Shown here: piece after piece, positions 52,322-64,000 of the stretch
How the letters are laid out: each line of letters opens with the position of its first letter
Numbering within the stretch: the stretch's first letter is position 1
Position numbers and translations under genes: made by a program
Notes under the pieces: model-generated
The model's input: only the letters and a program-made list of their open reading frames with translations
Database searches by the model: none
Told to the model about the DNA's origin: nothing
Source: Raillietiella orientalis
Lineage: Eukaryota
NCBI GenBank assembly: GCA_036172245.1
Contig: JAYWIR010000030.1
Span: 620,001 to 684,000, forward strand
DNA: 64,000 nucleotides
Reading direction: 5' to 3'

Positions 52322-55300
52322 ATGTCAAGTTTGAATAAACTAATGGTTCAAGGAATCAGGAGTTTTGGCCCTAAAGATGAAGATAAACAAATCCTAAAGT
52401 TTTATTCACCCCTGACTTTGATTTTAGGACAAAATGGGTCAGGAAAGACAACAATAATAGAATGCTTGAAGTATGTTACATCAGGTGATACACCCCCAGG
52501 AAGTAACAGGGGACAGTCCTTTGTTTGTGATCCCAAGATGGTAAATGAACCTATTGTTAGAGCCCAAGTAAAGTTACAGTTTACAGATGTCAAAGGAAAA
52601 GAAGTCATTGTCACTAGGTCAATTGAAGCAACTCAGAAAGCAACAAGAATTGCAATTCAGACACTTGATACAACAGTAACAAGACGGGGGTTTGATGGTA
52701 ACCCAGTCAGTATAAGTAGTAAATGTGCAGATGTTGATGGTGATGTGTGTTTAAGCTTGGGAGTTTCTAAAGCTATACTTAGTAATGTAATCTTTTGCCA
52801 CCAAGAAGAATCAAACTGGCCATTAGATGAAGGCAAAAAGGTGAAAGAAAAATTTGATGCTATATTTGCTGCTACTAAATACATAAAATGCTTAGAAAAA
52901 ATTAAGGAAGTTAGACTGTCACTAAAAAAGGAAGTTGATATCTATTCAAAAGAACTGATATATATTGAAGAATTTAAAAAAGAGGCAAAAGACCTAGAAA
53001 TGAAATTAAAAATAGCAGAAGTTGACTTGGAAAGTCAAAGGCAATCGATGAAAAGTATATTGCATAGCATAAATCCAATAAAAGAAGAGTTGGAAAGTAT
53101 AGTGCAGAAAGAGCAAGAAGCAACAAAAATTAGAAATGAACTAACTCAGATTCAGACTGTGATAAAAGAAAATGAGAAAAGACAAGAAAGTTTGAAAAAC
53201 AAAATGAAAAACTTTTTTCAAGGTAGTGCTGAAAACCTTGAAAAGGTGATTGAAGAATTTAAGGCATCTATAATTGAGAAGGAAGAACATTTGTTTCGTA
53301 TTTCATCAGATTCAAAGAGCTTAACATGTGAAGTAGATAAGTTAAATTCTGACATTAATACGAATTTATTGAAATTAGGAAATCTGGAAAATGAAAAAAC
53401 TGTATTTGAGGAAAAACAAATTTTATTGAAAGAAACAAGTGAACACATAAAAACTAATATCTTAAGTTTAAGTACAGAAGATTTATCTGTGGATGAAGTA
53501 GCCAAAGCAGGTGCAGCTGTTATTGAAGAAAGTTCCGTCAAAGTTTTGCAAATGCAAAACAAGTTTAAGAAAATGGAACGTGAGAGCATACAGGCCTTGG
53601 AGAATGCAAAATCTGCAGTCATGTACAAACAAAAAGAATTGGATACCGTTCGAGAAGAAATTAGTAAAACTGAAAAGGTTTTAATAGACACTGAGTCAAA
53701 ATTAGCTAGCTTTGATGTTTCATTTAGTTCTATTACTGAATTAGATGATCGTCTTCATGTTTTGGAAGGAGAAATGGAACACTACAAGACAAATGTAAAT
53801 AAGGAAAATTTGGAAAATGAAAAATGTGCTTTAGAGAGAAAACAAGAGGATATTGAGGGACTTTTGAGTAGATTGGATAATGAACTGAAGATTTTACATG
53901 AGGAAGGTGAAAATAAAGCTAAAATTGCTTTTCTGCAAAAAGAGAAAACAATGAAGGAGGACTCATTATGCAAACAACTAAGTAAGCATGCCAAAACGTT
54001 GGAACATTTTTTGCAATACGTTCCGAAGCAAAACTTTTGTTCAGAGATTGATAAGTATGTGCTTAGATCCAAAGATAAAATCACCTCCTTGAATTTGGAA
54101 TTGATGCATAAACAATCAAATTTAGATGAATTGAGAATCACAAAGAAACATGTGATTGAGGAATTACGAAAATCTGAAAAGGATTTGTCGGATTTGAAGC
54201 ACAGAATTGCCCAAGTGTGCAAGGGTGTTGATCTTATGGAGTGTATCAAGCAAAGTCAGGATATTCTTGCAATCCAGCAGGAAAAACTTTGTGAATCCAA
54301 AGGTTCCTTGCAGTTGTATAAGTCTTATATAAATGATCTGATGAAACAACAGTGCTGTCCTCTATGTAGTCGCAGTTTTCCTGAACAACGGCAGTCTGAA
54401 GATCTCAAGCATTTACTGGAATCACATATAAAGTTGATCCCTGAAGCTGTTAAAGGTATTGAGAAGGAACTAAATGAAGAGCAGATGAGATATGAATCGT
54501 TGCTTCAGCTCAAGTCTGTTGCGGTGGAAATCAGTAAATTGGAGTCTTTGATTCCTACGTATCAAAATGAACTCCAAAGTTTGGAAGAACAAATAAGTAT
54601 CTTCGATGCTGATACACTCAGTAAAAGAGAGACATTGTCTGTATTACAAATAGATGAGCAAATTGCTCATTCTATCCAAGGAGAAATGGCAATGTGCGAC
54701 CAACTTCAGCATGATATTAAGAAATTGGATAAAAATATTCATCTTTGTGCAGCTGAATGTTCTGGAGAAATTAGCAGTTCTTTTGATTCTGTTATCTCCC
54801 AGAAGGAGTCTGCAAAAACTGAACTGGAAATGCTAAAAATTCAAATTAAAAGTTTAAATCATAAAATACAAAGTTATAATGAAAAACTACAAAGGACAAC
54901 AACCACTATAAATAATCTTAAAGAAGAGAAAATAAACTTATTGCATTCACTGCAAAAGGTAGATCAGCTGAAAACCAAGCAAAAAGAAACAAATGAACAT
55001 CTTTTGGTTTTGAAAAAAAAGCTGTTGGATTCTGAAAGTGAATTGATTCCACTTCAGAAAAATCTTGGGGAAATTAATGAAGGCCAGTCTGTGCTCATTC
55101 AGAGTAATAAACAGATTTTAGAAAAAGAGCAGAGTTCTTTAGACAAAAAAAGACAGATGTTTTCCAGTTTCATGGATTTGAAGTGCTCAATAGATACGTT
55201 TCTATTGAGTGGCAAAATAGATGCTCTGAATGACCTTAAAGAAACTATTGAATGTACCGTAGCGGAATTGCAAGAAGTGAGATCTAACCACAAACGCTTG

Positions 55301-56227
55301 TCGGATGAAATTCATCAAACTCAAAAAGACCTTTCTTGTAAACAGATTGACCTAAGAGAGCTACAAGATAATTTAGAATTATTGGAACAGCAGAATGCAA
55401 CGTCAGATCTCAGCAATAGAGTACTGTGCTTAAACAAAACATTATCACTTATAGACTTTGATAACCTTAAAGAAACACGTTGCAAACTTGAGAAGCAACA
55501 GTGGAATCTGAGCAAACAGCAATATGTATTGGAAGGAAGCATAGAAGAGAAAAAAAATTACATTCATGAAGTTCAGCAAAAGTTGCAACAAGATATTTTT
55601 AAGAACGCCGAAACGAACTTCATGAAAAAGCTCGTTGATAAAAGTACCACAAGTTTTGCTATTGATGACCTTGATAAATATTACATTGCGTTAGATTGGG
55701 CCATCATGCAATTTCATCATGATAAGATGAAACAAATCAATCAGATAATTAGGGAGTTATGGAAATTAACATATAGAGGCAATGATATTGATTACGTAGA
55801 AATAAAAACGGAGGAAAATAGTATTTCCGGAGGAGCAGATAAGAGGAAAAATTACAACTATCGCGTTGTGATGGTACGTAACGGAAGTGAAATGGATATG
55901 CGGGGTCGCTGTAGCGCAGGTCAAAAGGTCCTCGCATCTCTGATCATAAGGATAGCGTTAGCAGAGACTTTTGCAGTAAATTGTTCCGTGTTGGGTTTAG
56001 ACGAGCCGACAACAAATTTGGATAGGGAAAACATTGAAAGTCTTAGTTTGGCATTGCTTGATATTGTTCAGAGGAGACCCGTCTCCCGGATGCAGCTGAT
56101 TGTGATAACCCACGATGAGGAATTTCTGGACAGACTCAGCCATGCTGATTATATTGATTATTATTATGTCGTTAGTCGTAATGATCAAGGTTTCTCCTTC
56201 ATAAAACGAGTCGTTAATAATCATTAA
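52322..56227 (+). CDS. RAD50: DNA repair protein RAD50 (MRN complex), single exon
   Basis: 1301-aa ORF with GIRSFGP, Walker A GQNGSGKTT, Q-loop IFCHQEES, long coiled coils, central zinc hook CPLC, signature MRGRCSAGQKV, Walker B LDEPTTNLD and H-loop ITHD. Confidence 0.99.
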   Translation: MSSLNKLMVQGIRSFGPKDEDKQILKFYSPLTLILGQNGSGKTTIIECLKYVTSGDTPPGSNRGQSFVCDPKMVNEPIVRAQVKLQFTDVKGKEVIVTRSIEATQKATRIAIQTLDTTVTRRGFDGNPVSISSKCADVDGDVCLSLGVSKAILSNVIFCHQEESNWPLDEGKKVKEKFDAIFAATKYIKCLEKIKEVRLSLKKEVDIYSKELIYIEEFKKEAKDLEMKLKIAEVDLESQRQSMKSILHSINPIKEELESIVQKEQEATKIRNELTQIQTVIKENEKRQESLKNKMKNFFQGSAENLEKVIEEFKASIIEKEEHLFRISSDSKSLTCEVDKLNSDINTNLLKLGNLENEKTVFEEKQILLKETSEHIKTNILSLSTEDLSVDEVAKAGAAVIEESSVKVLQMQNKFKKMERESIQALENAKSAVMYKQKELDTVREEISKTEKVLIDTESKLASFDVSFSSITELDDRLHVLEGEMEHYKTNVNKENLENEKCALERKQEDIEGLLSRLDNELKILHEEGENKAKIAFLQKEKTMKEDSLCKQLSKHAKTLEHFLQYVPKQNFCSEIDKYVLRSKDKITSLNLELMHKQSNLDELRITKKHVIEELRKSEKDLSDLKHRIAQVCKGVDLMECIKQSQDILAIQQEKLCESKGSLQLYKSYINDLMKQQCCPLCSRSFPEQRQSEDLKHLLESHIKLIPEAVKGIEKELNEEQMRYESLLQLKSVAVEISKLESLIPTYQNELQSLEEQISIFDADTLSKRETLSVLQIDEQIAHSIQGEMAMCDQLQHDIKKLDKNIHLCAAECSGEISSSFDSVISQKESAKTELEMLKIQIKSLNHKIQSYNEKLQRTTTTINNLKEEKINLLHSLQKVDQLKTKQKETNEHLLVLKKKLLDSESELIPLQKNLGEINEGQSVLIQSNKQILEKEQSSLDKKRQMFSSFMDLKCSIDTFLLSGKIDALNDLKETIECTVAELQEVRSNHKRLSDEIHQTQKDLSCKQIDLRELQDNLELLEQQNATSDLSNRVLCLNKTLSLIDFDNLKETRCKLEKQQWNLSKQQYVLEGSIEEKKNYIHEVQQKLQQDIFKNAETNFMKKLVDKSTTSFAIDDLDKYYIALDWAIMQFHHDKMKQINQIIRELWKLTYRGNDIDYVEIKTEENSISGGADKRKNYNYRVVMVRNGSEMDMRGRCSAGQKVLASLIIRIALAETFAVNCSVLGLDEPTTNLDRENIESLSLALLDIVQRRPVSRMQLIVITHDEEFLDRLSHADYIDYYYVVSRNDQGFSFIKRVVNNH

Positions 56228-57220
56228 CGATAGCAGTACGATAAGATTGGACCGTGCTCGTGGTGAAGGTGAATTCGCATGCGGAGCATTCAAATTCAAA
56301 AATTCAAGATCCGTCGTTGTCAACATTTATATTAAAGTATTTGTTTGCAGTAAATGCATGTCGCAACCGAGCAAGTAGAACTCTGCAGATGTGTTGCGAT
56401 GTAACACGAAGCCGTGTTGTCATAAATTGAGTTTGGACATCCAAATCGGTGTATGTCTTTAGTGTTTTTGTTTCAAAGTCTTCAACTTGAGTTGAAACCC
56501 TCGCTACGGTTTCTTATTCGATAAATATTTTTTTTTTTTTTTTCCTTTTTTTACTCTGATGTTGGTAACTAATAAAACAGTGTTTGTTAATGGTCTTGTA
56601 CGAACCATAGTTTGAATTCAAAAGGAAGGTCGGCAGGTGCTGCTGCTTAATCCCAGGAGTCACGCGTTAAGAGACCTCAGAAAAGTTGAGCCAAGGCGAC
56701 TCGGAAGAGATCTCGGAAGTTGAGGGCCTTGCGCGAGGGATCGGGCCGGGAACCGGGCCGCGAAATGTGTTGTACAGCACGCTCTGCGTACGTGGATGTA
56801 TGTGTGCAGTCTGGATTCGACGACGTGCACTTTTCGTGTATTAATTTGGTGTGCGTTTTCTTGCCCTTCGCAAAATGACTAGCGGATGTGTACACCTCAT
56901 CGTTTCCAGTTTCACGGGTTCGGTGAGCACCGACCACTTGTCTGCGAAAGGAATCTCGCACGTGGGAGTGGCACCGGTCCTGTTGACTGGGGGAATGAAC
57001 CACCATCCTCCGTAATCCTAAAAGTGGACAGCATGCTGTTCTTTTACTTTCATTGGCATAACATGGGAAGTGACTGCTTTAAATGTTGACATTGGTTGGA
57101 GCGTTTTTTTTTTTTTTTTGTTTTTTTTGTTTTTTTTTTTTTCGATATCTTTTTTTTTTCATACGGGGGGATTGCGTTTGAACCCTTGGACTGTACTCGT
57201 TTGGCTAGAAATGCGGTCAA

Positions 57221-57364
57221 GTCTACGTCAATATAATTTAGGCCACATGTATACGTAGACGTAATGAACATTTCTAATCACACAACACAGCAGCTGTAAG
57301 GATGGAAAAAGTCAAGATGGGCCGATCTTAGGAAGGCAGGAGTACGGCAAAAAGACTGGGAAAC
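57221..57364 (+). repeat. Left copy of a ~145-bp direct repeat flanking the RLE retrotransposon
   Basis: Matches 59981..60072 (4 mismatches in 92 bp) and continues as 60177..60243. Confidence 0.9.
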
Positions 57365-59975
57365 CTTATTGTTCGTTGTCTGTATCTACATAACTTGTTT
57401 GTGAGGGGCTCTGGAGAGTCTTCCGCAGTTATTTTCTTCTCCCCGTCTTTAGGGGGCTTCCTCCACCTGCTCGAATTCCTCTGGTGGGAGCCCGTAGTCT
57501 GGATTATCGAGCTGGTTATCAGTTTTCCTTTTCACGTGGGTTGCATATGTAGCTATTGAGTACCGGATACACGTAGCCACCGTGCGCTGTCTCAGTTCCA
57601 CCAGCTTCTGTTTTGGTTCTCCGAAGTGCTGTACTACTTCTTCGTTACCAGGATCCCACGCTCCCGGAGAGCCGACGATGATCGCGTGTACTTTGTTTTC
57701 CACCACTTTAAAGCTGCATTGCTATATCCTTGTTTTTTGGCTTGTTCTTTCTGGTTGTGCTGAACGTCTTTCCATTTTCGTATGGACAGCAGATGTCCAG
57801 CACACATATCCTGCCTCCTTTTTCTAAAACCAGTTGTGGTTTTAGGCTAGAGGTGGTTCCTGGCACTCTCCAGTTTCTTGAGACAAGACTCCACTTTGCT
57901 TCATCCACTGCGGCCTTCCTGATGATTTCTTGAATCTCATCGTGACGTGCCATTGTCAGAGGAACGTGCTTCTTGAATCTATTTAACACGTGAGATAGCG
58001 TTTCATCCTCTGTCCCGCAACGCCGACATATGCATGTGCTTTTTTGGTTGACCCAGCGTTGATTGGCAGTAAGATCAGTCTTGCTGCATGGATGAACCTG
58101 TAATCTTGGAATCTTAGGTGGGTTCCATTTGTATGAAAAAAGCTTGAAGCGTGATGCATGCCCACGCACTGCATGGCTTGCCCTTGACTTATGTGGTTTG
58201 GGATTAGGGATTGCCATGCGTGTTCCTTCTGCAATGCTCTTACGCCGGGGGTGAGCTTCTTGTATTGCTGGTAAAGATGATGCCGTCAACCGTTATACTG
58301 GGTTCTCCCTGTTGGAATTCCTAGCAGGCTTTGGCCCTTCTAAGGCCTTCCTTTTGTCCAAAGGCTCCCCATGTCTTTTCCAGGCTGTTTGGCTTTCCTG
58401 TATGAAGTACCCATCATGTATTCTCCGAGATTTTTCTCTGTTGGAGCTTCAGGGGTTCTTTTTTGGAGCACTTCTTCCAAGGTGTCGTGAGCTAACTTCC
58501 TTACCGCGTTGTCCGGTGAGGTGAGTAGTTTCAAGCAGCTATCCATGGTGAAGAGGTCGGATTCGCTAGCTAGCTTCATCGGTCCTAGGCAGCCTTTGTT
58601 TCTTTCTCCGTATAACTACTCATTGGCCGCCTAGGATGGTAGATGCCAGGCCTTCTTGATTTTATTTCTGATTTCCTCGTCCACCTACGGCCATTCTTCT
58701 TTTCGGCGAGTTGCCAACCTCTCGTAGTGAACAAAGCTAGGGTAGAAGAAGGTTTTCATTGCATTCATCCATCTTCTGCCACCCCGAGAGTTCACGCTCT
58801 AGTGTGGCACTCGCCTTCTGACAGATGTCGTCTTTGGATGGTTTTGGGTTGAACACCTTTACACCGAAGGGTTTCCCCAAGTATTTTTATGCCTCTGATA
58901 GGGCAATACAAGGGGTTTTCCCTTCTTTCACCTCGATATATACATCCCTTGGACCTTTTGGAGCCTTCCCGCTGGAGAATATTGATGTTCATTTAGCCCG
59001 GTTGATGGATAGGCCGGCTCGCTCCACTAAGTTCCGGAAATGCGCTACCTTTTCTTTTATTTCTGCTTCCTCTTTGGCCAGTATAACAATGTCATCGGCG
59101 TATGCCAAGATCACGTCTTCCTCATATTCGTTTCTCATTGAGCGGAGGATGGGTTCTATCGAGATGATGAATAGGAGTGAGCTTAGAGGACATCCTTGCT
59201 TCGCTCCTCGCCTCACGGAGAAAGTCCCCGTTTCTGTCGCTTCCAACTGAATGTAAGTGGGAATACACTTCTTGGATAATATCCTTTAGTTCCTCTCCTG
59301 CCCCCGCTTCTTTTAGTGTTCCCATAATTGTTTCGTGGGAGACTGTGCCGAAGGCATTTGCAAAGTCTATAAAAACTGCGCAGGAGTCCTTCGACCAGCG
59401 ACGAGCAGCATCCAGTCTTGTTTGTAAGACGAAATTCCTCTCTAGCACATCATCAAAGGGTAGGAATGCCTTCAGTCGGGTACCGATGATCTCGTTTTCC
59501 AATTTCCATCTTCTTATTCTGGCGGTCAAGCCTTTGACATACAGACTGAATGCACTGTTGCCAATGGATACTGGCCTCCAGCTGGAGACTTGTTCTGCTG
59601 CTAGGAGGCTCTTCGCTGTGAATACCGTCCTGGTACACTTCCACTCTTCTGGGATTCGACGAAACTTCTTTAAGATATTAAAGATTATCGCAAGCATCTC
59701 CGCCTCTGGGTCAATGCTTCTCCATCCTGCATAAGTAATTCCGTCATCTCCAGGGGATGTGCTTTCCTCACTCCGCAGTATCGCCGCTACCTCTTGCGTA
59801 AATGGGCATAGGTCTACGGGGGATGCCGCTTGGCCTCTTCCCAGCAGTATCTTCTTGGGAAGCTCTTTGTCTGCTTCTTGTTTTGTCTCCAACTCATTCT
59901 GAAAATGTTTTTCTACCTTGCTAACCTCCAACTTGCAAGGTGGGTCCTGCTGGCCTAAAATCGCTTGAACTGCTA
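57365..59975 (-). mobile_element. 5'-truncated, frameshifted RLE-type non-LTR retrotransposon (NeSL/Utopia-like)
   Basis: RT motifs SPGDDGITY, SSWRPVS, FIDFANAFGTVSH, GAKQGCPLS, LAYADDIV. Also CRRCG..ETLSHVLN, RHD, LKPQLVL...VLDICCPYEN and IVGSPGAWDPGNE, typical of Utopia/NeSL C-termini. The catalytic PD appears as PQ. Confidence 0.9.
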
Positions 59976-59980
59976 AATCA

Positions 59981-60243
59981 GTCTACATCAACATAGTTTA
60001 GGCCACATGTATACTTAGACGTAATGAACATTTCTAATCACACAACACAGCAGCTGTAAGGATGGAAAAAGTAGCAAATATTCGAGAAAAAAACCGCTCT
60101 GACCGGTCTCAACATTCAAAGCAGTCATTTCTCATGTTGTGCCAATGAAAGTAAAAAAACAGCATGCTGTCCACTTAAGGATGGAAAAAGTCCAGATGAG
60201 CTGAGCTTAGGAAGGCAGAAGTACGGCAAAAAGACCGGGAAAC
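59981..60243 (+). repeat. Right copy of the direct repeat, interrupted by an inverted copy of ~57022-57150
   Basis: The ~60073..60175 insert is a diverged reverse complement of the 57.02-57.15 kb region. It is bounded by a 16-bp duplication TAAGGATGGAAAAAGT (60057..60072 and 60176..60191). Confidence 0.9.
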
Positions 60244-62675
60244 ATTGGAGCGAAATTTGTTCCAACCAATTTTGAAAAGTTTTCCATCATTTCTTGGATT
60301 TGCCTGTTCTGTAAGAGAAGGCCTGGAACGAAGCATGTCGGTGAAAAGAAAGCGAGTGTGAAACGGATCACACCTGGAATCACCGGCCCACGAATGTCTT
60401 GATTCGAAACGTCCCTCCTGGAAAAGCCATTTTTCTTCCTTCTTTGCTGGGAATGGGACATTGCTATGAAACTCAATTCTAGCAATACATCATGTAAAGC
60501 CATCAGCAAGTGCATGAACATAATAAAGGCGACTGCATGCCAGATTTGCCGTACCAAATAAAGATGGATCAGACTTTTAATTTGAACGCTTCTTGTTAAT
60601 TGTGGGGGACTCCATCTTTTGTACACGCTTGTTCCTGCAGTAAGTTGTTCCCATGATCCTTTAGGTTTTCGAAAATAAGTCTTTTTAAACATTGTGTTAT
60701 TATCCGTGCTACTTGCCATTAATTCAAGTCGGCTATTTTCTTCTATAAAGGCTTTCAATTTTCTGCCATAGAATGATCCATCATTGTGCTGTAATACTAC
60801 TGGTAAGCAAAAATGTGGAGTTAACCTTTACGCGCTTGAAATATCCGTAGCAAGTGGTAGCACTGTAATCGAAGTGAATGTCAATGTACATATATATGCT
60901 GCACGTGTGCTGCGTTTGTTTTTGTTTTTCTTTTTCCCGTTAGTATTCTTTCCCTCGTGGTTGCAATGCTTGTTTTCCATATCGTGACACCGAATGTGTT
61001 TTGTGTGTAGGTTTCTCCCCTAGCCTAGAATTTATATGGTTGTAGGAGGCGTAATGATTGATGCAAACAGGGCTCCTGTCAGCAGTCATCGTTGCAGTAC
61101 ATGGTTATCGAGTACCTTAGTCCGTACAATTCGTCGCACAGCTGCGGCTCGTGGCCCAGTAGGCGCTGCTTACGGTGGTTATGTGGAGACGAATCCACAC
61201 AGTCCTTGGCGCGTCGAGTTGCCCGGGCAGAGACTCTGGCAACTTGTGGAATCCAATCAAACCGTGGCGAACAAAAGTGGCTTAAGACCTGGCTCATCCA
61301 TAACGTCCCCGAAACGAAAGTAACACCGTGGTATGTGTGTACTGCTCAACGGATTCCCGGATCCTCTGAGAGAGCCGGCCTGAAAGAGAAAGGGACGGAA
61401 ACTTGTTCAGAAGTGTAGTCTTGGCTTTGTAAAGGATTGGGCGCTTATCAAAAAGTCTGTATTCATAGCCATGTCACAAAAAAAATTATGCAATGTGCAG
61501 CTGTTACCCACGAAGTGGGTATGGGAGATTTGAAGGATTTATGAAGTTCTGTCAACTCAGCATGAACTCAGTTTCCAGCATAGATCTTTTCACATTTTCC
61601 TAGTATTTATTCCAGATTCGATTGCATTGTCATCTAAAACTCCATTTCACGAAACTCCCATCTTTGTTTCTTTCCTTCTTTTTTAGTTTCCGTTAAAATT
61701 CTCAGCATCCGTATGATCCGTAGTTCTCCAAGTAATACGCAACTCTGAGGGTTCTCTTTCGCGTTTGCTCCCATCTTAAGAATTCCATCTGCCTCGCTTC
61801 AATGAAGCTCACACGATAATGTTGGTCATCAGTTTAATAACCATATTGCATATCATTTGCTTCCTCCACCCATGCCCCCATTTCTTAAGACTGTACTCAT
61901 TGGTGGCTCTTGGGAATCGATTTCAGCTGAGCTTTTTTGCAGTCACGAATCTCATGGTACAGCCTCGAATTTGTTCAGAATTTGATCAGTTTTGTGTTCA
62001 TTGGATCTTGGCGTGGTCGCATCTGCAAAAGTGATCTTCCGTGGAAGATGTTGATTCAATACTTTTGTACGAATACTTGTCTTTGAAGAGCCTTTGAAAG
62101 TGCCCATAGCAGGACATCTAAGAATTGTAGAAGACCGAAGATTGTTCCGCAGTGAAGAACTGTTTCGAAAGATGTAAGCAACGTTACATTTGTTTCAGTT
62201 CCTGTTCTAGAAGTAAATCCCAGAGTTGGGACACGAAGTTTCTCTTTGCAAATTGGCAAGCGCCAAAACATTTCATTCTATTGGATATCCGTGAGATAGG
62301 ATCTTCTGTTCTCACTTTACTATTATCGATGAGTCTCCGTCATTCTATATTTTGTGTAAAAAGCTCTAAGGCTGCTACTGTAGTAGAACAGGAGGGACTT
62401 TTTTGTGGGAGCTCGCACAATGGATTACTCATTCCGCACTGGACGCTGTTGTTTTCGGTGCCCTTGGGTCCACATACAGATAGCTTGGAATACTTTTTCA
62501 TGTGGTGGTCTTTAGAATCAAATTGCACCTTTGATCTCTATCTTAACCAGAGTAGCACTGTAGGATTGTTCCGGAATTTCTACATCCCCGTGGTGTTCTC
62601 AAAATGATTACGGATCATCATGGCATCTTCTTGCATCCAGTTCGATGTTCTTTCGATGTAAGCTTGAATTCGTGT

Positions 62676-63351
62676 TTATTCGATTTGGGTGCATATAATA
62701 GACGTTTGGTGAGAATCATCCACCATTTCCACCATTTTAGTTACTATCCGAAGAGTACCGACTCGAGTGAAAGCATTCCCGAAGAACGACGGCATTTTCG
62801 GGAAACTTCGAGATCTCCAACGCAAAAGCAGAAAACGCGATGAGTGTGGTGTGGACCAACATCCATCATAAACAGGACATGTACTGGGGATGCGTTTTAG
62901 GTCGCTGACCAGGATGAACAGTTGTCGGCGAGCCTCCGATAGATAACAAGATGGTGCAAAGTGCAGGGAATCCTCCCAAACATCTTTAATACGTATCAGC
63001 ATCGAATAAGCACACATACGTTTCGACACTTTCTTCGATATAAGCGTGCAAGCATGACTACTAGATCTTCCGTATTTCTAAAATGCAGCAGTTTTGAGCT
63101 CTGAAATGGTTGGCTATTGGCTCTGATACACAGAAGAACGCTGTTTTCAAAAAAACCAGGGGTTTCCGTGTGCTTCGGTTTGGAACTCTAAGCGAAAAGT
63201 TTCCATTGCATTCTTCTGGAATAGATACGATCGAGTTTCCCTCAGGTTCGTTGGTGCGGCTTCTCGAGAATGTGCAAATCCAGAAAAATGGATGGGTAGG
63301 GATATCCTCCCCGTCGGCCGTCAAAGAACTCGAGAACATGCACTGAAACAA
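62676..63351 (-). mobile_element. Possible decayed gypsy-like integrase remnant
   Basis: IPTHPFFWI...GNSIV (compare P..PF.RI.ID...GN.YIL) followed by VWEDSLHFAPSCY (compare WD..L.F.LFAY). Highly degenerate. Confidence 0.3.
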
Positions 63352-63440
63352 AGGGATCTCGAGACTTGAAGTAGGGAAAAGAAAAGAATGGTCACCATCC
63401 GAGTCAGCAAACCAATCCTACCTAATGTGCTTCGATCTGC

Positions 63441-63466
63441 CTCTCTCTCTCTCTCTCTCTCTCTCT
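63441..63466 (+). repeat. (CT)13 microsatellite
   Basis: Perfect dinucleotide run read directly from the sequence. Confidence 0.95.
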
Positions 63467-64000
63467 GCTCCCTTTCTCCAGGAAATGCACTTTGAGAATA
63501 TACGGAATCTGTCATGAAGAACATCCAGCTCTTCAGACCGAGTCCTTGGGAGAAGGGGGGGGGGGAATAGAGCGGAGCTGTTCACATTGTCCTTGGGTGA
63601 GACAGCTGCTTCAGTTGTCAGCTGTCACACAATTCGTCGTCGTGGCCTTGCTTCATGAGGTTTGATAAAGTATGCTGCAAAAAAGCTCCTTGGTTCCGGG
63701 TCCTTCGAGTTGTTGTTGTTTTTTTTTGAAGGAAAAGTGGAATGAGAGCGTACGCGCATTCAGGGATCCTTGATCCTTGAATGCAGTGGAGTTTCTCTCA
63801 TCGAAGGGAAGCTGAAAACGATCGATCCCCCAGACGATGCGAGGGCAGTGCTCTTCCGAGACGGCGGTGCATGTGGACGCTTCGTCCCTCTCTGCCAGTC
63901 AAGCGCATCTCAAAGTATGGAAGTGAACACCCGGGAGCAGCAGCAACACTTTTGTTCGTCGTTGTCATCGCGTAGGATCTGCGCGCGGCTGTCGCGCCAG

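Noticed and set aside
52402..55937. Several long antisense ORFs inside RAD50, and similar ones inside EEF1A
   Set aside because: Shadow frames produced by the codon usage of the real gene.
57221..60243. Flanking direct repeats as LTRs, or any repeat here as a CRISPR array
   Set aside because: The internal protein is a non-LTR RT-RLE, the repeats lack TG..CA ends and a PBS, and no regularly spaced repeat-spacer array was seen.

Overview
Eukaryotic, not prokaryotic: an animal genome segment, most likely arthropod judging by the EF-1alpha sequence. AT-rich housekeeping genes with mostly tiny GT-AG introns (40-66 bp) sit among heavily decayed transposons. Six spliced genes could be rebuilt by hand from splice sites and family motifs: BCS1L (-), PSMF1/PI31 (+), EEF1A (-) head-to-head with MRPS14 (+), TRMT1 (+) and GALK2 (+). 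A seventh, RAD50 (+), is a single intronless 1301-aa ORF. The first ~10.4 kb is a pile of L1/Tx1-like LINE fragments in both orientations, with a tRNA-derived SINE and an RTE-like remnant. Other elements are hAT (SPIN/GTF2IRD2-like) remnants, a long Tx1-like copy at ~48-50.7 kb, a NeSL/Utopia-like RLE retrotransposon at ~57.4-60 kb and weaker gypsy-like remnants. The best leads are a 25-nt 3'-UTR hairpin with a compensatory base-pair change shared by four divergent Tx1-like copies, the intronless RAD50, a duplicated TRMT1 exon that keeps its splice acceptor, long direct and inverted repeats around the Utopia-like element, and an orphan ORF divergent from RAD50. I found no CRISPR array, intact tRNA/rRNA or clear novel multi-gene system. 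All family calls come from remembered motifs, not database searches.
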